From positions 161,822,001 through 161,886,000 of the forward strand of contig NC_058368.1 in NCBI RefSeq assembly GCF_018350175.1: a stretch of 64,000 nt of DNA, in the 5' to 3' direction. Source of the DNA: Felis catus (Eukaryota). Shown here piece after piece: positions 12,921 through 26,310 of the stretch (within the stretch, counting starts at the first letter, position 1; each line of letters starts with the position of its first letter). The notes below the pieces were generated by a model, which made no database searches, was not told the origin of the DNA, and worked only from the letters and a program-made list of their open reading frames with translations. A program made the translations under genes and the position numbers.

Positions 12921-15900
12921 ACTTGGAAGTGGCGTACCACTGTTTTTTTTTATCAGAATATGAAAACTTATGGGAATGTAGTTAGGACTGAAACATAAGT
13001 CAATAGGTAGAAGGAGATAATTTTGAAATCACAGAGTAGCAAAAAACCAAACTGGGATAGAATCGTAACTGAACTCTCATATAGGAAAGTTTAGTTTGGC
13101 AGCTGGTTAAGAGACTTAGCAGGAGGTCTTCAATCATGGCCAACCTGTTAATTACACCTAGATAACAATGCCCTGTGTGATAGAATAATAAGGGATTTAT
13201 GGATGGTCTGGTTTTGTACTGGCCATTTATTATTTTTTTTCAATGTTTTTCAGCCTTGTAAAACTTGCTGCAATAAATTTCCAAGTTTGTTTCATAAATT
13301 TATCTGAACACAGTAACAGTGTTCACCAATTAGTCAAGTATGATAGAATAAGAACACACTAGTAATTGTCACCATATCCAGTCTCTTCTTAAATGTTTGC
13401 ATTCTGCTTTGCCAAAAGGCTAGTAGGAGGAAGCTTGCTTTGATCTCATGATTCCTATCTTACTCCTTAGAAAGACACTGAAACATCATCTGGATATTTG
13501 CTCAGAAAAGGTAAATTATAAACCAATGTCCTGGTACACTTTTTTGTTTGCTTCAGATTTTTCAAGATCTCTTTGACCTAGATTTAGAATATGCCTGAGG
13601 TTTCCATGCCGCTTACCTCTCATGGTCAGTTAACACACAATACTGATAATCAAGAACTATAACATTGTTGATAAAATTGGTACAAATGGTCACCTCATTT
13701 TTCAATTTACTGATCGGTTATGACAACGACTTTTTAAATCTTTCTTTTATGTTATGTACTTCTCATGATTTCTTTAAAATTTGAGCTCAAGGTGATCCCT
13801 TTGGCATATACGTATTAATTAGGGAGATTTAAATTTGTTATACACTTATTTATAGGCTTACCCAGTGGTCCTTTTAGGAAAATCTACAGAGAAAATTATA
13901 GATATAGTCATAACTATGACCTGCTTATGGCCTTAGAGTGAAGTTACATCTGGGAAATTTTTATTAACATAAAAATTCCAAGTTATTGCAGAATCAATTC
14001 TCCTCAGATTTTAAAAAGTTAATGTAGATATTTCTTAAGCATCATCAAACTGTAATTGTGGCACTAAAATGTATTTTTGTAGCGAGCTGGCACTGTATAT
14101 AAGACATTAGAATTTGCTTTTTTGGTAACGATTTAACTTTCATTAGCCATCTAGGGAATGGAACAAAATTCCTTACTCTGAAGGAGTTTGACCAATGCCA
14201 TTCAATTCACAATAGATCTATGCTTTATGTCAATTTTGCCATCTGTGTTTTCTGTTTATGATCACTCAAAAACTTATTGGTTTAGTCATCTACTCTTTTC
14301 ATATAAATAAAACTAAAAGATGGAAAATATAATAACTAAAAATTTCAAAAAAAAACACCATGAAACCTATAAATCCCTATACACAAGCAATGATATTACA
14401 CTACATATTGATAAATTTGGAGATATCATCAAAAATGTATTAATTATTACTAATCTTCTGAGAATGACTTAGTCTAAACCCCAGGAAAATTGAATTTTTT
14501 AATAGTACCCAGTGGAATTCCAACAAAATGACCTTTTTCTCAAATGTAGAAAGGAGAAGAGTTACACGTTGCCAAATTTTCTATATTTCTAAACTTCTAC
14601 AAATGTGTTAAGTTGCTATCTCCTAGCAGTTGGACACTACTGAACATAACCTAAGCTCTAAGATCTAAGTCCAACAGAGAAATTGTGCTCTGGAGTCCAG
14701 TGTAGTGTGCCCCATAGATGTTACAATCACCATTGAAAAGGGGACTCAAATTCCCACAAATTTTCTCATCAAAATACCAAAAACATTATGACTGTTATTT
14801 AAAACTGAGCATCTAAGTCTCCATATGAAAGAAAGGCAGTGTGCAGAATGTGACCCCCTTGATGTTCATAGTTCCATCCCCTGGCTCTTGTGTGAGAAAA
14901 AAGGAGAGAAAGTGGGTATAGGGGGGAAATAGGAAAGACCAAGTATAAACAAATACTTTAAATAATAATAATTCCTGGCATATTTGTCTCACTTTCTCTA
15001 GACACAGTTGCAATTATATCATCTTGTGGTTGGAGGCAACCTTGACATGCATCTGATCTCAGTACATCAAAGTCTGTTCGTATTATGTATTTTTATAAAA
15101 GCTGTCAGATGTGATTGGAGGGAAGGCACACTGGAGAAAGAGTAATAATATCTCACTTTTAGTATATGAGGTCATGCAAATGTCACTTTATCTTTCTGAG
15201 TCTTATCACATTGGTAAAACAATAAGAGAAAGGATATAAATACACACAGTTATCTAGACTGTTTTGAAGGAGCCAGTGAAAATATTTTGAAATCCCAGAG
15301 TGCTATCCAAATATGAAATGCAATGATTATTTTCCTTCACTTGCAGCAGAACTAAAAATTAAAACTTCAGGACGTCAACTATAAATTTAGTTAGCTAAAG
15401 CAAGAAGCTTTCTTGTGTTTTTAGATTCAGAAAAGACCCAGAGAAAGAAAGGACACTTTTAAAAGGAAATGATGAAAGTAACATACTTAAGCAGACATTC
15501 ACAAAGAGAAACAGGTTAAATAAGATATTCTACCCAATTACTGGAGCTATGTGGGGGCTGGGGAATAGCTGTTTCAGGATGAAAGAAAGATAAAAATACA
15601 TTTTGAAAAACAATGAAATTGGGGGTTGAAGTTACAAAATGTTCTAACTGCTGGAAATAAAGAACTGATACTGTGGTTAACATTGAACAATAAAAAGAAA
15701 AGTTTGAATTTTTTCAGAAACATAGTGTCCTTGGAAAAAATAATGTCATGATGTATCAATACACATTTACACAGTAATATTTCCTTTCTTTATGGAAAAT
15801 AAGCCTCAAAACTGGATGTTTTTATAGTAACAAGGGGTTTTGCTGCAGACCTGCACAGACATTTTGAGACTTGACCAGAGCAGACAACAGAGAACGCAGC

Positions 15901-16117
15901 CTTGGCATGGTTAAGCATGGCTGAGTGAAGGCTATTGATGAAAAGAGTAGGTAAAATTAAGTATGATATTTATTTGAATCAAATATTTTCTTCAATACAG
16001 TAAAAGGACAAGTTAGGATTTTGTTTGAAAAATATTTTATACAAAGTAGTACTTAGAGGGTAACTAAGATGAGCAATAAGCTATGCCAAACACTGTGAAA
16101 TGTATGCTGTTTTCTTC

Positions 16118-16250
16118 TTTTTCTTAATCAAGATAAAATTGACATATAACATTGTATGTGTTTAAGGTACAAAATAATTATCACTAGACCACTCACCAAT
16201 ACCGCTGTCATGTCACATAATTACCATTTCTTTCTGTGTTGAAAACATAT
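16118..16250 (-). mobile_element. L1 (L1MA/L1_Carn-like) 3' fragment
   Basis: aaattgacatataacattgtatgtgtttaaggtaca...cacataattaccatttctttctgtg. Confidence 0.65.
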
Positions 16251-16282
16251 TTCTCTGCTATACCTAAACTCTTTAAAAAAAC

Positions 16283-16503
16283 TTTTTTTAATGTTTATTT
16301 ATTCTTGACAGAGAGAGAGAGAGAGAGAGACAGAGCATGAGTAGGAGAGGGGCAGAGAGAGAGGGATACACAGAATCCGAAGCAGGCTCCAGGGTCTGAG
16401 CTGTCAGCACAGAGCCCAACGCGGGGCTCGAACTCACAGACCATGAGATCATGACCCGAGCTGAAGTCGGACGTGCAACCGACTGAGCCAGCCAGGCGCC
16501 CCC
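16283..16503 (-). mobile_element. SINEC_Fc-like SINE
   Basis: Reverse-strand SINE ending ccaggcgcccc; TSD ctaaactctt. Confidence 0.96.
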
Positions 16504-16704
16504 CTAAACTCTTAAATGGCCATAAGCAAGCCATCGTTTTTTTTTAAAGTTTTTATCATTATTTTAAGAATTTCTATCTTATTGGCATATTTTCTGATTA
16601 TTAATTCTGACCAGCACTGGGTACTTCTGAAAGTTATTTTTGCTCTTGTTAGGTTCCTGTGACTCAGAACAAGTGATCAGACTATTCTTAAAGAAAGACT
16701 TTTA

Positions 16705-16870
16705 TCTTGGTTCAGAGCTGCCTTCAACTTCTTACAACTCAGTAACCTTGGTTATGTAATTTACTCTCCCTTTATATCACTCTCCTTTTCTATATAATAG
16801 TGGAAATAATCGTATATACTATAAATTTGTTGTAATAATTACATATATGTTACACAGCATATGGCACCTC
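16705..16870 (+). mobile_element. MIR fragment
   Basis: gtaaccttggttatgtaatttactctc...ttgttgtaataatta...atggcac; degenerate MIR. Confidence 0.55.
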
Positions 16871-16947
16871 CAAATCATTCTATTTTTATTAAAATTAGAG
16901 ATTAGTGAAAATGTTAATAAAGTGGAATTAAAAAAGATATTAAATTT

Positions 16948-17159
16948 GGGGCACCAGGGTGGCTCAGTCAGTTGAGCAACTGACTCAGGTCATGAGCTCA
17001 GGTCATGATCTCATGGTTCGTGAGTTCGAGCTCCACATCGGGCTCTGTACTAACAGCTCAGAGCCTGAAGCCTGCTTCAGATTCTGTGTCTCCCTCTGTC
17101 TCTATCCCTCCCTGACTAGTGCTCTGTCTCTGTCTCTCAAATAAATGTAAAAAAAAAAA
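16948..17159 (+). mobile_element. SINEC_Fc-like SINE with internal duplication
   Basis: ggggcaccagggtggctcag head; ctcaggtcatga present twice in tandem; A-tail. Confidence 0.95.
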
Positions 17160-18457
17160 TAGGTATTATTAAAAGTAGGTTATGCTCTGGCAAGATAGCA
17201 ATTAATTCTTATTACTTTTTAAGGCTGATAATAATTTTGCACATTTCCCATGTCGACATTTTACTTTTATAAATACATAAAAATTAAAAAATATATTTGA
17301 TGTTCAAACTCAAATTCACAACTGTTCTTATAAACAGCCTTTTTTTGCAAATCTTTCAATGCATTGATATGAGAATCATCTCTTATAAACATAAATCAAT
17401 GTTTATGTTTTTCCCTCAATCTTTCAGATATTCTTAGGCATTAATAATCATCTGATTGTGGTGTGTCTGGATTTTTCTTGGGTGCCTTCTTGGGTAAGAG
17501 AGATGTACAGTTTCTGGGAGGTGACAAACTTTATCAATTTTGTTTACTTTTCAATATCAAAACAAATTTATGTAATAACTCAATTTAAATTATAGCTTTA
17601 GGTAGTGTATGAAATTGTTTCCAACAGTGGTAATAGGAGAAGGATATTGGTGAAGTGAGTGAACAAAATTGGAGAATAAACAAATCATATGTAGATCCAA
17701 ATGTTAAGGTGGCATTCTCTCTAAGACTTAGATATTTAGAACTATCTCATGTAAGAAGCAGGAGTTTTTATTTTATTTTATTTTTATCTTGAAGTGTAAT
17801 GCCATTAAAGAAACGATCAGTAATTTATAGGAAGCATGGCCATTTTGAGTAGTTTATAAGGAAATATTTTGGTTTTAAACAAACATCAAGGGAAAATGAA
17901 CTGCCTATCTTTGAAAGCAGTGGCTAATTATCTGCTTAATGAAAACTACATTATAATTTTTGTCACTTTTTCCTCTTTATTTTTTTTTATTTTGGAATGA
18001 ATAGAAAGACTGTTTGGGTTAACATCTGTGTCTTTACTTTAGCTGTAATATTTAGTAACCCATCTAGGACTTAATTCCATGTAGCCTTCATTAAAATCAT
18101 TTTACACCACCTATTTAGCTATTGTAAGGCTAGACACCTTTCTCTGATTATACTAAAATATAAGTTCCAGTGGCACAAGAATATTTTCATGGTAAACCTA
18201 TATTATACCTATTAAGTTAGAAGGAATCCACCATCTTGCTACCCAAAATAAATACAGTCATTAATTTAAAAAGTATCATTTTGTCAAAGTTTACAAAATG
18301 AACATTAAGAAGTTTTTAAGGAAAAATGTTCACATGGTAAGTCATTCTAACACAAGTATGAAGTCGTCCCTGCCAAATATTTTCAATACTTAAAATAAGA
18401 TTTTGTTTGTTTGTTTCTAATAGCTTAAACCTTGGAAAATATATGTCTTAGAATTAC

Positions 18458-18872
18458 AAAATGAAAGAATGAAATCTTGCCATTTGCAACAATGTGGGTG
18501 GAACTAGAGTGTATTATGCTATACGAAATAAGTCCAAGAAAGGCAAATATATGATTTCACTCATATATAGAATTTAAGAAACAAAACAGATGAACATAAG
18601 GGAAGGGAAGGAAAAAATAAGATAAAAGCAGGGAGGCAAAAGTTTAAGAGACTCTTAAATACAGAGAACAAACTGAGGGTTGCAGGAGGGCAGGTAGATG
18701 GAGGATGGGCTAAATGGTTGGTGGGCAATAAGGAAGGCACTTGATGGGATGAGCATTGGGTGTTACATGTAAGTGATGGATCACTGAAACCCATACTGCA
18801 CTATGTATTAACTAACTGGAATTTAAACAAATAAAGTAAAATAAAAAATAAAAATAAATAAAAGTAAGAAAA
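18458..18872 (+). mobile_element. Carnivore L1 3' end (ORF2 terminus + 3'UTR + A tail)
   Basis: gaatgaaatcttgccatttgcaacaatgtgggtggaactagag...aactaactggaatttaaac plus A-rich tail. Confidence 0.92.
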
Positions 18873-18945
18873 ACAGACTAAAACTCCTGTCAACATACAC
18901 TACACATTAGTGAGGTGGGAGGTGATGGTCCTCGAACAAAAATGT

Positions 18946-19188
18946 ACCATAAGAGACTCTTAACAATAGAGAACAGATTGAGGGGTTGATGGAGGGAGTT
19001 AGGTGAGAGATGGGCTAGATGGGTGATTGGTATTAAGGAGGGTACTTGTGATGAGCACTGGGTATTGAATATAAGTGATGAATCACTGAATTCTACTTCA
19101 GAAACCAATATTGCACTGTATATTAACTAATTAAATTATTAACTAACTAAAATTTAAATTAAAAAAATAAAAATAAAAGAATAAAAAA
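18946..19188 (+). mobile_element. Second carnivore L1 3'UTR fragment
   Basis: ccataagagactcttaac...gatgagcactgggt...aactaaaatttaaatt plus A tail. Confidence 0.9.
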
Positions 19189-19836
19189 GTTATGGTGACA
19201 CTGACATAATTGATCTAGTGATGTTAAAATGTCACTTCAATGTCTTACAGCCTTGAACATGAAAATCTGAACTTTTTTATGTATATTATGTGGAAAAGAA
19301 TCTAAGGGCAATACAAGCACTTATTGGCAGGAAATATTGCAAAGACAGCCTTGCCACCTTCTGTTCTTAATGTTTCTTATCTGGTTTCAAAGTGAAATCA
19401 GTAGATTTAAATCACTAATTTAAATATATCAGAGTATTAATAGCTTAACCAAACACCAATAGCTTTATTTCTACAATACTATTAACCTTAACTTCCCTAT
19501 GTTCATTAATTCAGATGTGCAGAATAATTTATTTCATTGGCCATTTTTTTTCCAGGAAGTTCATATACAGATTAGATAGGTTATGTTTTAGAGTTTGCAT
19601 GCATATATTATGTTATTGAGTCCTAAAAAATCTAAAATATTAAAAGCTTTGCTTTTACAGTATGTGAAAGCTATGATGGGAAATGGAATTCTTACCATAT
19701 AAAATGAAAATTCAGGAAACTTTATTAGCAGAGATTATTGTGAGTCTGGATGCAATGACATTAGAAGAATGAAAGATAAAAATGTTAGGCCCTAAATACA
19801 CCAAAGAAAAATTTGATGATGCAAAGGGAACACTCT

Positions 19837-20044
19837 ATTTTTATTTTTATTTATTTTTATTATTTTTTAAGTTTATTTTTGAGAGAGACAGAGACAGTAC
19901 AAGTGGAGGAGGGACAGAGAGAGAGGCAGAGAGAGAGAAAGAATCCCAAGCAATGTGGGACTTGAAATCACAAAACCTTGAGATCATGACCTGAGCTGAA
20001 ACCAAGAGTCAGACGCTTAACTGACCGAGTCACCAAGACACCCC
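19837..20044 (-). mobile_element. SINEC (Fc2-like), internally deleted
   Basis: Reverse SINE lacking the central tgtcagcacagagcc segment; TSD aacact(c/t)tatttt. Confidence 0.92.
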
Positions 20045-20053
20045 AACACTTTA

Positions 20054-20283
20054 TTTTAGAAATGTTTAATTATTCATTTTGAGAGTGAGAGAGAGATAAA
20101 GAGAGAGGGAGTGAGAGCATAGTGGGGAAGGGGCAGAAAGAGGGAGAGAGAGAGAATCCCAAGTAGGCTCTGATCTGTCAGCTCAGAGCCCCATGTGGGG
20201 CTCAAAGTCTCGAACCTTAAGGTCATGACCTGAGCTGAAATCAAGAGTCAGGTGCTTAACCTACTTATCTACCCAGGAGTCCT
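20054..20283 (-). mobile_element. SINEC (Fc2-like) SINE
   Basis: Reverse SINE; outer TSD gca(a/g)agggaacact starting at 19821 and 20284. Confidence 0.93.
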
Positions 20284-20904
20284 GCAGAGGGAACACTTTT
20301 TAAGGTGCCATAAGGCCTTTACTTTACTAAATTAAATGTCTTATGTCTAAGGACAACATTTCAGATTAATTCTCACAGGTACATTGTTGAGGACAAAATA
20401 CTACAACCTGAAGAAATTCCAGATCATTCCTACAAAATAAAACAGATCCAAACTCACTCCTACAAGAACATTCATATTCTTGTAAATTTTTCATGCTGTG
20501 TAAAATATTTTTTTAAAAAATCATTAAAACTGATGTTGACAGATGTATTATTAACTGTGCTACCATGCTCACTTATTGCCAATACCATGCAACAGAAATT
20601 TAGGTGCAGGACAGAAAGTAGCTTGAAACTTCATGACAATTTATTTTAGGACAAACATAGTAAAGTCCTTTATCCAATGGTGATCCCTGTCAAATGCAAA
20701 ACCTACATTTTTCTTATAGGAACTTTTCCATTTTGTGTTATTTTTTTCTTATGCGATGTTGCAGATGACACCACTTGAAGTGTTGCTTTGTCACAGACGC
20801 CAAATATTGCATGTTTGACTATCAGGCAAACCCCTATTCTGAATATGTAATGAAAATAGGCATATACTGACATGAGTTGTTTTTCATAATGTCTGCACCA
20901 TAAT

Positions 20905-21030
20905 TGTGACTACTCCTACTCTTTTTCACTGTGGACACATCAGCCTTCTATCTCTTCCTCAATTATTATAGTTAACTCCTACTTTAGGGATTTTTCTTTA
21001 ACTCTTCCCTATGCCTGATATATTCTCCCT
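20905..21030 (+). mobile_element. L2 LINE fragment
   Basis: cacatcagccttctatctcttcctcaa...ctcctactttagggatt...ttccctatgcctg resembles the L2 3' region. Confidence 0.55.
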
Positions 21031-21290
21031 GTCTCTAGCTCTATCTCTATATGTATAAAACACACATGGTTTAATTTGTCCCTTTTAATCCTTCAAATGG
21101 ATAAGGGAGATAGTACGTCGTGAGGGATGCAGCTCCAGTTTGAAAAGAGAGAAAAATAGTTGTTCTAGATGAATTCTTGTTTTGGACTATAAGGGCAATA
21201 TTACAATCTTGGCTTCCCTAAAATATTCTCAAAGTGTAAAAATGGAAGCGTTGACTAGACAGGGTTGTTTTAATGATGTTGATACTATGA

Positions 21291-21293
<3 letters not shown>

Positions 21294-21337
<44 letters not shown>
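21294..21337. repeat. (GT)22 microsatellite
   Basis: Perfect dinucleotide run. Confidence 0.98.
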
Positions 21338-21340
<3 letters not shown>

Positions 21341-21432
21341 AACTTATTCTTGACACACTTACCCAAGGTCTACAATATGAGTACTACTTCACTCTCTCTT
21401 TTCACCAATGAGATTGTCTCTCTCTGGGCTCT

Positions 21433-21497
21433 AAATAAAAACCAAAACAAATAAACAACCAAACCAAAACAAAACAAAACAAACAAACACCAACAAT

Positions 21498-21524
<27 letters not shown>
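21433..21524 (+). repeat. (CAAA)n-like A-rich tract ending in A27
   Basis: Direct reading; A run 21498-21524. Confidence 0.9.
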
Positions 21525-21528
<4 letters not shown>

Positions 21529-23373
21529 TCCATTTACTATTAATAGGAAGGCCCAGCAATAAACTGGGATTTTCTGGAGGAGTCAGCTTTCTCTACTGCT
21601 TGCTGTACCAAACTTCTTTCACTAACCTGCCAGATGCTGTTAGAGTGCAAAATCTCCACCATTATTCATGTTCTGCCACAATTTTCTAATCGGTTGGAGT
21701 TGAACCTCTTTGAGGATTTTTCAGTTATTAAAAAAAATTCTATGATTAAAATTTTAAGCTACTTTGACAGATTGCCTAAGTTAGACAAGGACAGAAAATG
21801 AGTTCTCATGGAAGTGCCCATGCCTGTGTAATGGACTGATTATCAATGTATTTCTTATATTTGTACCTGACCAGTTGAGCCAATATCCTGTGCCCTCTGA
21901 AGGAATTGATTTCTTTACAAAAGATATATTTAAATCAAAGAAGATCTGTCATTTCTCAACTAAATATTTGAGATTGTTTTGCTGATAACTTAATTGTTGA
22001 TGACAATGCCATATAAGTTTTGAAATCTGGAGTAACATATTCCTTCTCTGATATGAGTAAGATTTTTCTCACCCTGACACTGTAATTTCCCCTGAAATAT
22101 CTCAGAGCTGTGCTGCTTTGATATATAAATAACAGCACCTTGTATCTGATGCTGAATAGAGTATTTTAAAATCAGATTTTTATATTATTTATCTGTGTTC
22201 TACTCTACATAGTGAAATATTTTTATTTTTGGTCAATTTATAAGTGTCTAAAGTTTGACACTTGAAATATTGAAAGCAACCACATTAATGGAGATTTTTG
22301 TACAAACACAAACACATTAATACAGTAGGAAAGCAGGCTTTAAGCCAGTTTGTTGCAAGGAAGGCATCGTTTTCCTGAAAACAAATGGTGTATTCAGCTG
22401 CCATCATAGTGACAGTATAAACAGCTAAAAGACAGAATTATTGCTAAGAGTTCCACTTTATTTGTTAATGATTGAAAGGAAATTCACTGTGATAACATCA
22501 AGAAATGTAGGGTTTTGAATTTTTATTTTCCTAAAATAAATAGCTACATAAAGCAGAACTGAGCATTCATGTCACCAGTTGTGTTTATTTTAATAAGTAG
22601 AAAAATAAATTGTGACAATTTAAAAATAATTTGTATTTAATTTTATTCATAAGTTTTCCACTTAGGAAAAAGTCCTCCATTTCTGGAGATACAAAATTCA
22701 AATATTTGCACTTTTTATTTCTCAGCTACACAACTGAAGAAAGGCTAAAAAAATCATTTTCCTGGTCATATGCTATTTTATTCTCTATCCAACTGGAAGT
22801 GAAATGACTTGGCAGGAGATAAGATGTCAGAGTTAAGGAAAATGCACAGTGTAGTGGTTTTCTCTGGCTTCTCTGAATACAGTGTTCAATCCATGAGTTA
22901 GCAGGTTTATTTGTTATCCTTCCTTATTTTTAGTCCATCAGGCTTGAAATCAAATTATTTTCAAGTTTGTTTCTTGCTCTTTCTATTTTAAAATGGAATA
23001 TTTCTAAATTTCTTCAGGGTATTTTGTCTCAGTTTTTCATTCTATTCAATTACAACCCTTGAGCCTGGAGTATATAGAAAAATGTTAGTGTGTACATGAT
23101 CATAATGACACACATTCCTGTATAAACACAGAGTAAGCTGAGTGAAGGAAGAGTGTTGTTCAACCAACTTGGTGAGCCATGGTTTATAGTTTGTTGTGCC
23201 AGAGTCTTGCAGAAGTTAAGCTACACTTCAGGTAACACAGATTAATTTTGTATTTATATGAATCCAAGAGATGAAACTGGAACAAATGGATTTTTGCCTG
23301 CTTCCAATATATAACAACAACAACAAATATCTGTGTTATATATATTGTGTGTATGTATATATGTATGTATGAG

Positions 23374-23400
23374 ATATATATATATATATATATATATATA
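23374..23400. repeat. (TA)n microsatellite
   Basis: Direct reading. Confidence 0.95.
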
Positions 23401-23510
23401 GTTTATAATGCATAATTATTGCTGTTTATTTGCTTTATTATATTATTAAGGACACCAGGCTTTTCTCAGAGGCATCCTAAGGTGTAATACTTGTTAATCA
23501 GTTCATTTCT

Positions 23511-23747
23511 TTTTTTTATTTAAATTTTTCTTTAATTTATGTTCTTATTTTATTTTTGAGAGAAAGAGAGAGAAAGAGTGTGTGAGCAGGGGAGGGGCAG
23601 AGAGAGGGGGAGACACAGAATCCGAAGCAGGCTCCAGGCTCTGAGCTCTCAGCACAGAGCCTGATGCGGGGCTTGAACCCACAAACTGTGAGATCATGAC
23701 CTGAGCCGAAGTCAGACGTTTAACTGACTGAGCCACCCAGGCACCCC
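23511..23747 (-). mobile_element. SINEC_Fc-like SINE
   Basis: Reverse SINE; 16-bp TSD taatca(g/a)ttcatttct. Confidence 0.97.
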
Positions 23748-24001
23748 TAATCAATTCATTTCTAAGGGAGTTATAGATTAATTGGACCTAGCTCTCTAAG
23801 TAAAAGAAGTAAATCTCCAGTTTTAAACAATGACACATGCATGAAATAATCTATTTTGACGGATAGTTCTCCTGAGAATATTGCAAACTCAAAGTCTTTT
23901 GTGTAGAGGTTAGTTAACTTTCTTATGTACAATGTAAAGCCAGAAGACATTATCAAATATGCCTTTGTTCCATAGTTTCTGCTTTTCCTCCCTCCAGTTT
24001 C

Positions 24002-24029
24002 TTTTTGTTTGTTTTATTTTGAGACAGAC

Positions 24030-24074
<45 letters not shown>

Positions 24075-24240
24075 GAGTAAGGGAGGGGCAGAGGGAGAGG
24101 GAGAGAGAGAATCACAAGCAGACTCCATGCTGTCAGCACATGGAGCCCAATGTGGGGCTCAATCTCACGAACCATGAGACCATGACCTGAACCGAAATCA
24201 AGAGTCAGATGCTTAGCTGACTGAGTCACCCAGGTGCCCC
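24002..24240 (-). mobile_element. SINEC (Fc2-like) SINE with long (GA)n
   Basis: Reverse SINE; TSD tccctccagtttc. Confidence 0.96.
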
Positions 24241-25064
24241 CTTCCCTCCAGTTTCATCATCTATGTAGGAGCTTTTCAAATCTGACAGTAAAACAGACTT
24301 ATTCAAAATTTAAATGGTAAGATACAGATGCCCTGAGATCAACACTTTAGCGATCAATGGCTTAAGATGCTGTCCAGGAAACTAGGGGAGAAAGTGAATT
24401 CTGTGATCAAATATGTGTGAGAAAATTTGAAGGGGGAATTAAATATTTATTTTGATTTCTTATATAAATATTAATTGTCATTTTCATGATAAATAATTTT
24501 TGAATTTTTAATGGGTCTAATACAGCATCTTCCCCCAACCCCAGAATGCCTATAGATATATTGAAAATATTTATCAGGGTTCTCATTAATTCTATGGCCA
24601 CTAGTAATACAGAATCTTCCCTGTTTTTCTCTTTGAGGAAACATTTACCTAATCACAGAACCCAATTATTTTCACCAGCCACAAACCTTTTAAGTGCTTA
24701 GATAAAGTTCTGTTACATTTCCTCTATTACCTACTAGGGCATTATATTCAATGTCTTGAGAGACATGATGAGATTCATTTAATCTATCCATGACTCAAAA
24801 ACATTTCTAGTCTGTGTTTTTTGTTAGCTGCAGTGTTGTTAGCAGGCTAAGTACATGTATTAAGGCAATTTCAGTAAATATAAATTTTCAACATATATAG
24901 CATCTGGTATTTAGACATAAACAGATGGCTCAAGTACAGATGTTTTCAGATATTGGCTACTATTCCATTGTAGATCATAAATCATGGTTACACTAAAGAC
25001 TCTTAAGCTAAAGAAGATGGATGTAAAGTTTTCTTACCAATCAGGAAGGACTTTAATGGCAAGT

Positions 25065-25088
25065 AAAAAAAAAAAAAAAAAAAAAAAA
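25065..25088. repeat. A24 homopolymer
   Basis: Direct reading. Confidence 0.95.
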
Positions 25089-25239
25089 GAAAAAGGGAAA
25101 ACAAAAACAGCTAAATCTCTATTTATTTAACTAGCTAGTTTTCCCATACCATTTGATTACACTCAAAAGCTGTATAAAGGACAAATTAGCAAATCAAATA
25201 CATCCTTACAATAGATTATGAGGGTACGCATAATAAACT

Positions 25240-25345
25240 TAACTAATATTTATTCTAACCTTTCTATATGCCAGTCATATTTTTTCTAAGTTACAGAAAC
25301 AGACCCATAGATCTATATTCCAGAGTTAACTGTGCTGTAAAGAGA
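25240..25345 (-). mobile_element. L2 3' end fragment
   Basis: aactaatatttatt...ctatatgccagtca resembles the reverse L2 terminus. Confidence 0.45.
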
Positions 25346-26036
25346 TGGACTATATAATGTGACTTCCAAAAAAAAGGCTTATAAATCATAATTTGCGTGT
25401 TTCATTAAATGCCTATGTGACTGCCCTTATAGAAATCAGAACAAAGGATGGATGATTGGATGGCAGAGATTCTCTGATGGTAGACAAACACTGGCATAGG
25501 AATGTCTTAAAGTTCTGTTAAGACCTTTGGTTTTACAAGGGATTCAAACATGATTTAGATGACATTATTTTTCAATTTTCAGAGCATCTTTATGAACTTA
25601 GTGTTTTCCCCCATCTCACATTTCTAACCATTATAACCTCAAATATCTTAATGACACTTAAAGGATCTGGTAACACCAGATCTTTGACATTCATAAGGTA
25701 TGTTTCCAAAGGTTTTGATGAATATGAGGTCAAAGAGGGCACTCTAGGACTTTGGCAAAAATCATGCCTGCAGGCTTAGTGCCAGAACCTCCTTAGCAAT
25801 TCCTTTACTTACTTCACAAGCATTCACACTTCTACGAACTTATTATACCCACCACACTAGAAAAGTTTTCATTGCAATGCATATTCTGGGCAGTAGGTTT
25901 GATTTAAAGATCAGCTGCCTAAACTCTCAGTAAGCTTATGCCTGCATTACTAAGTACACAAATTTTGGAAATACAAAGTTGGTGAAACTACAAATTTGTG
26001 GGGGGCTGGGAAGAAAGCTCTCAAGCATAGTTGATA

Positions 26037-26310
26037 TAAGTGGCAAACTAGCAGCTACTGGTTCAAAACAAGGTCACAGGAAAGTTTCCTTGGAATTCAT
26101 AATAACTTAAAATCATTAACTTGGAGGTTTTGAATAAAAATCTATATTCCTGGTATCTTGTGAAAAACATCTGGACACACGGGTATGTTTTCCTATGGTT
26201 TGAAATAAGTAATCTTTGCCCCCTTTAGTGTGACATTTATTGTCCTTTCACCCATTTAACCCACCTGTTACTGTAATACCTGACCCAGGTCAGTCATTTG
26301 GTGACCTGCT
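26037..26310 (+). mobile_element. MER102-like hAT-Charlie element
   Basis: gtggcaaact...ataaaaatctatattcctgg...tgaaaaacatctggacac...tgccccctttag match recalled MER102 motifs. Confidence 0.65.

Noticed and set aside
13471..13600. Possible exon pair (ccttag...AAG|gtaaat then tttgcttcag|)
   Set aside because: The implied intron is only about 45 nt, too short for a typical mammalian intron, and no peptide is recognisable
25660..25685. 11-bp hairpin aaggatctggt-aac-accagatcttt
   Set aside because: Too short for a pre-miRNA; isolated and plausible by chance in 64 kb
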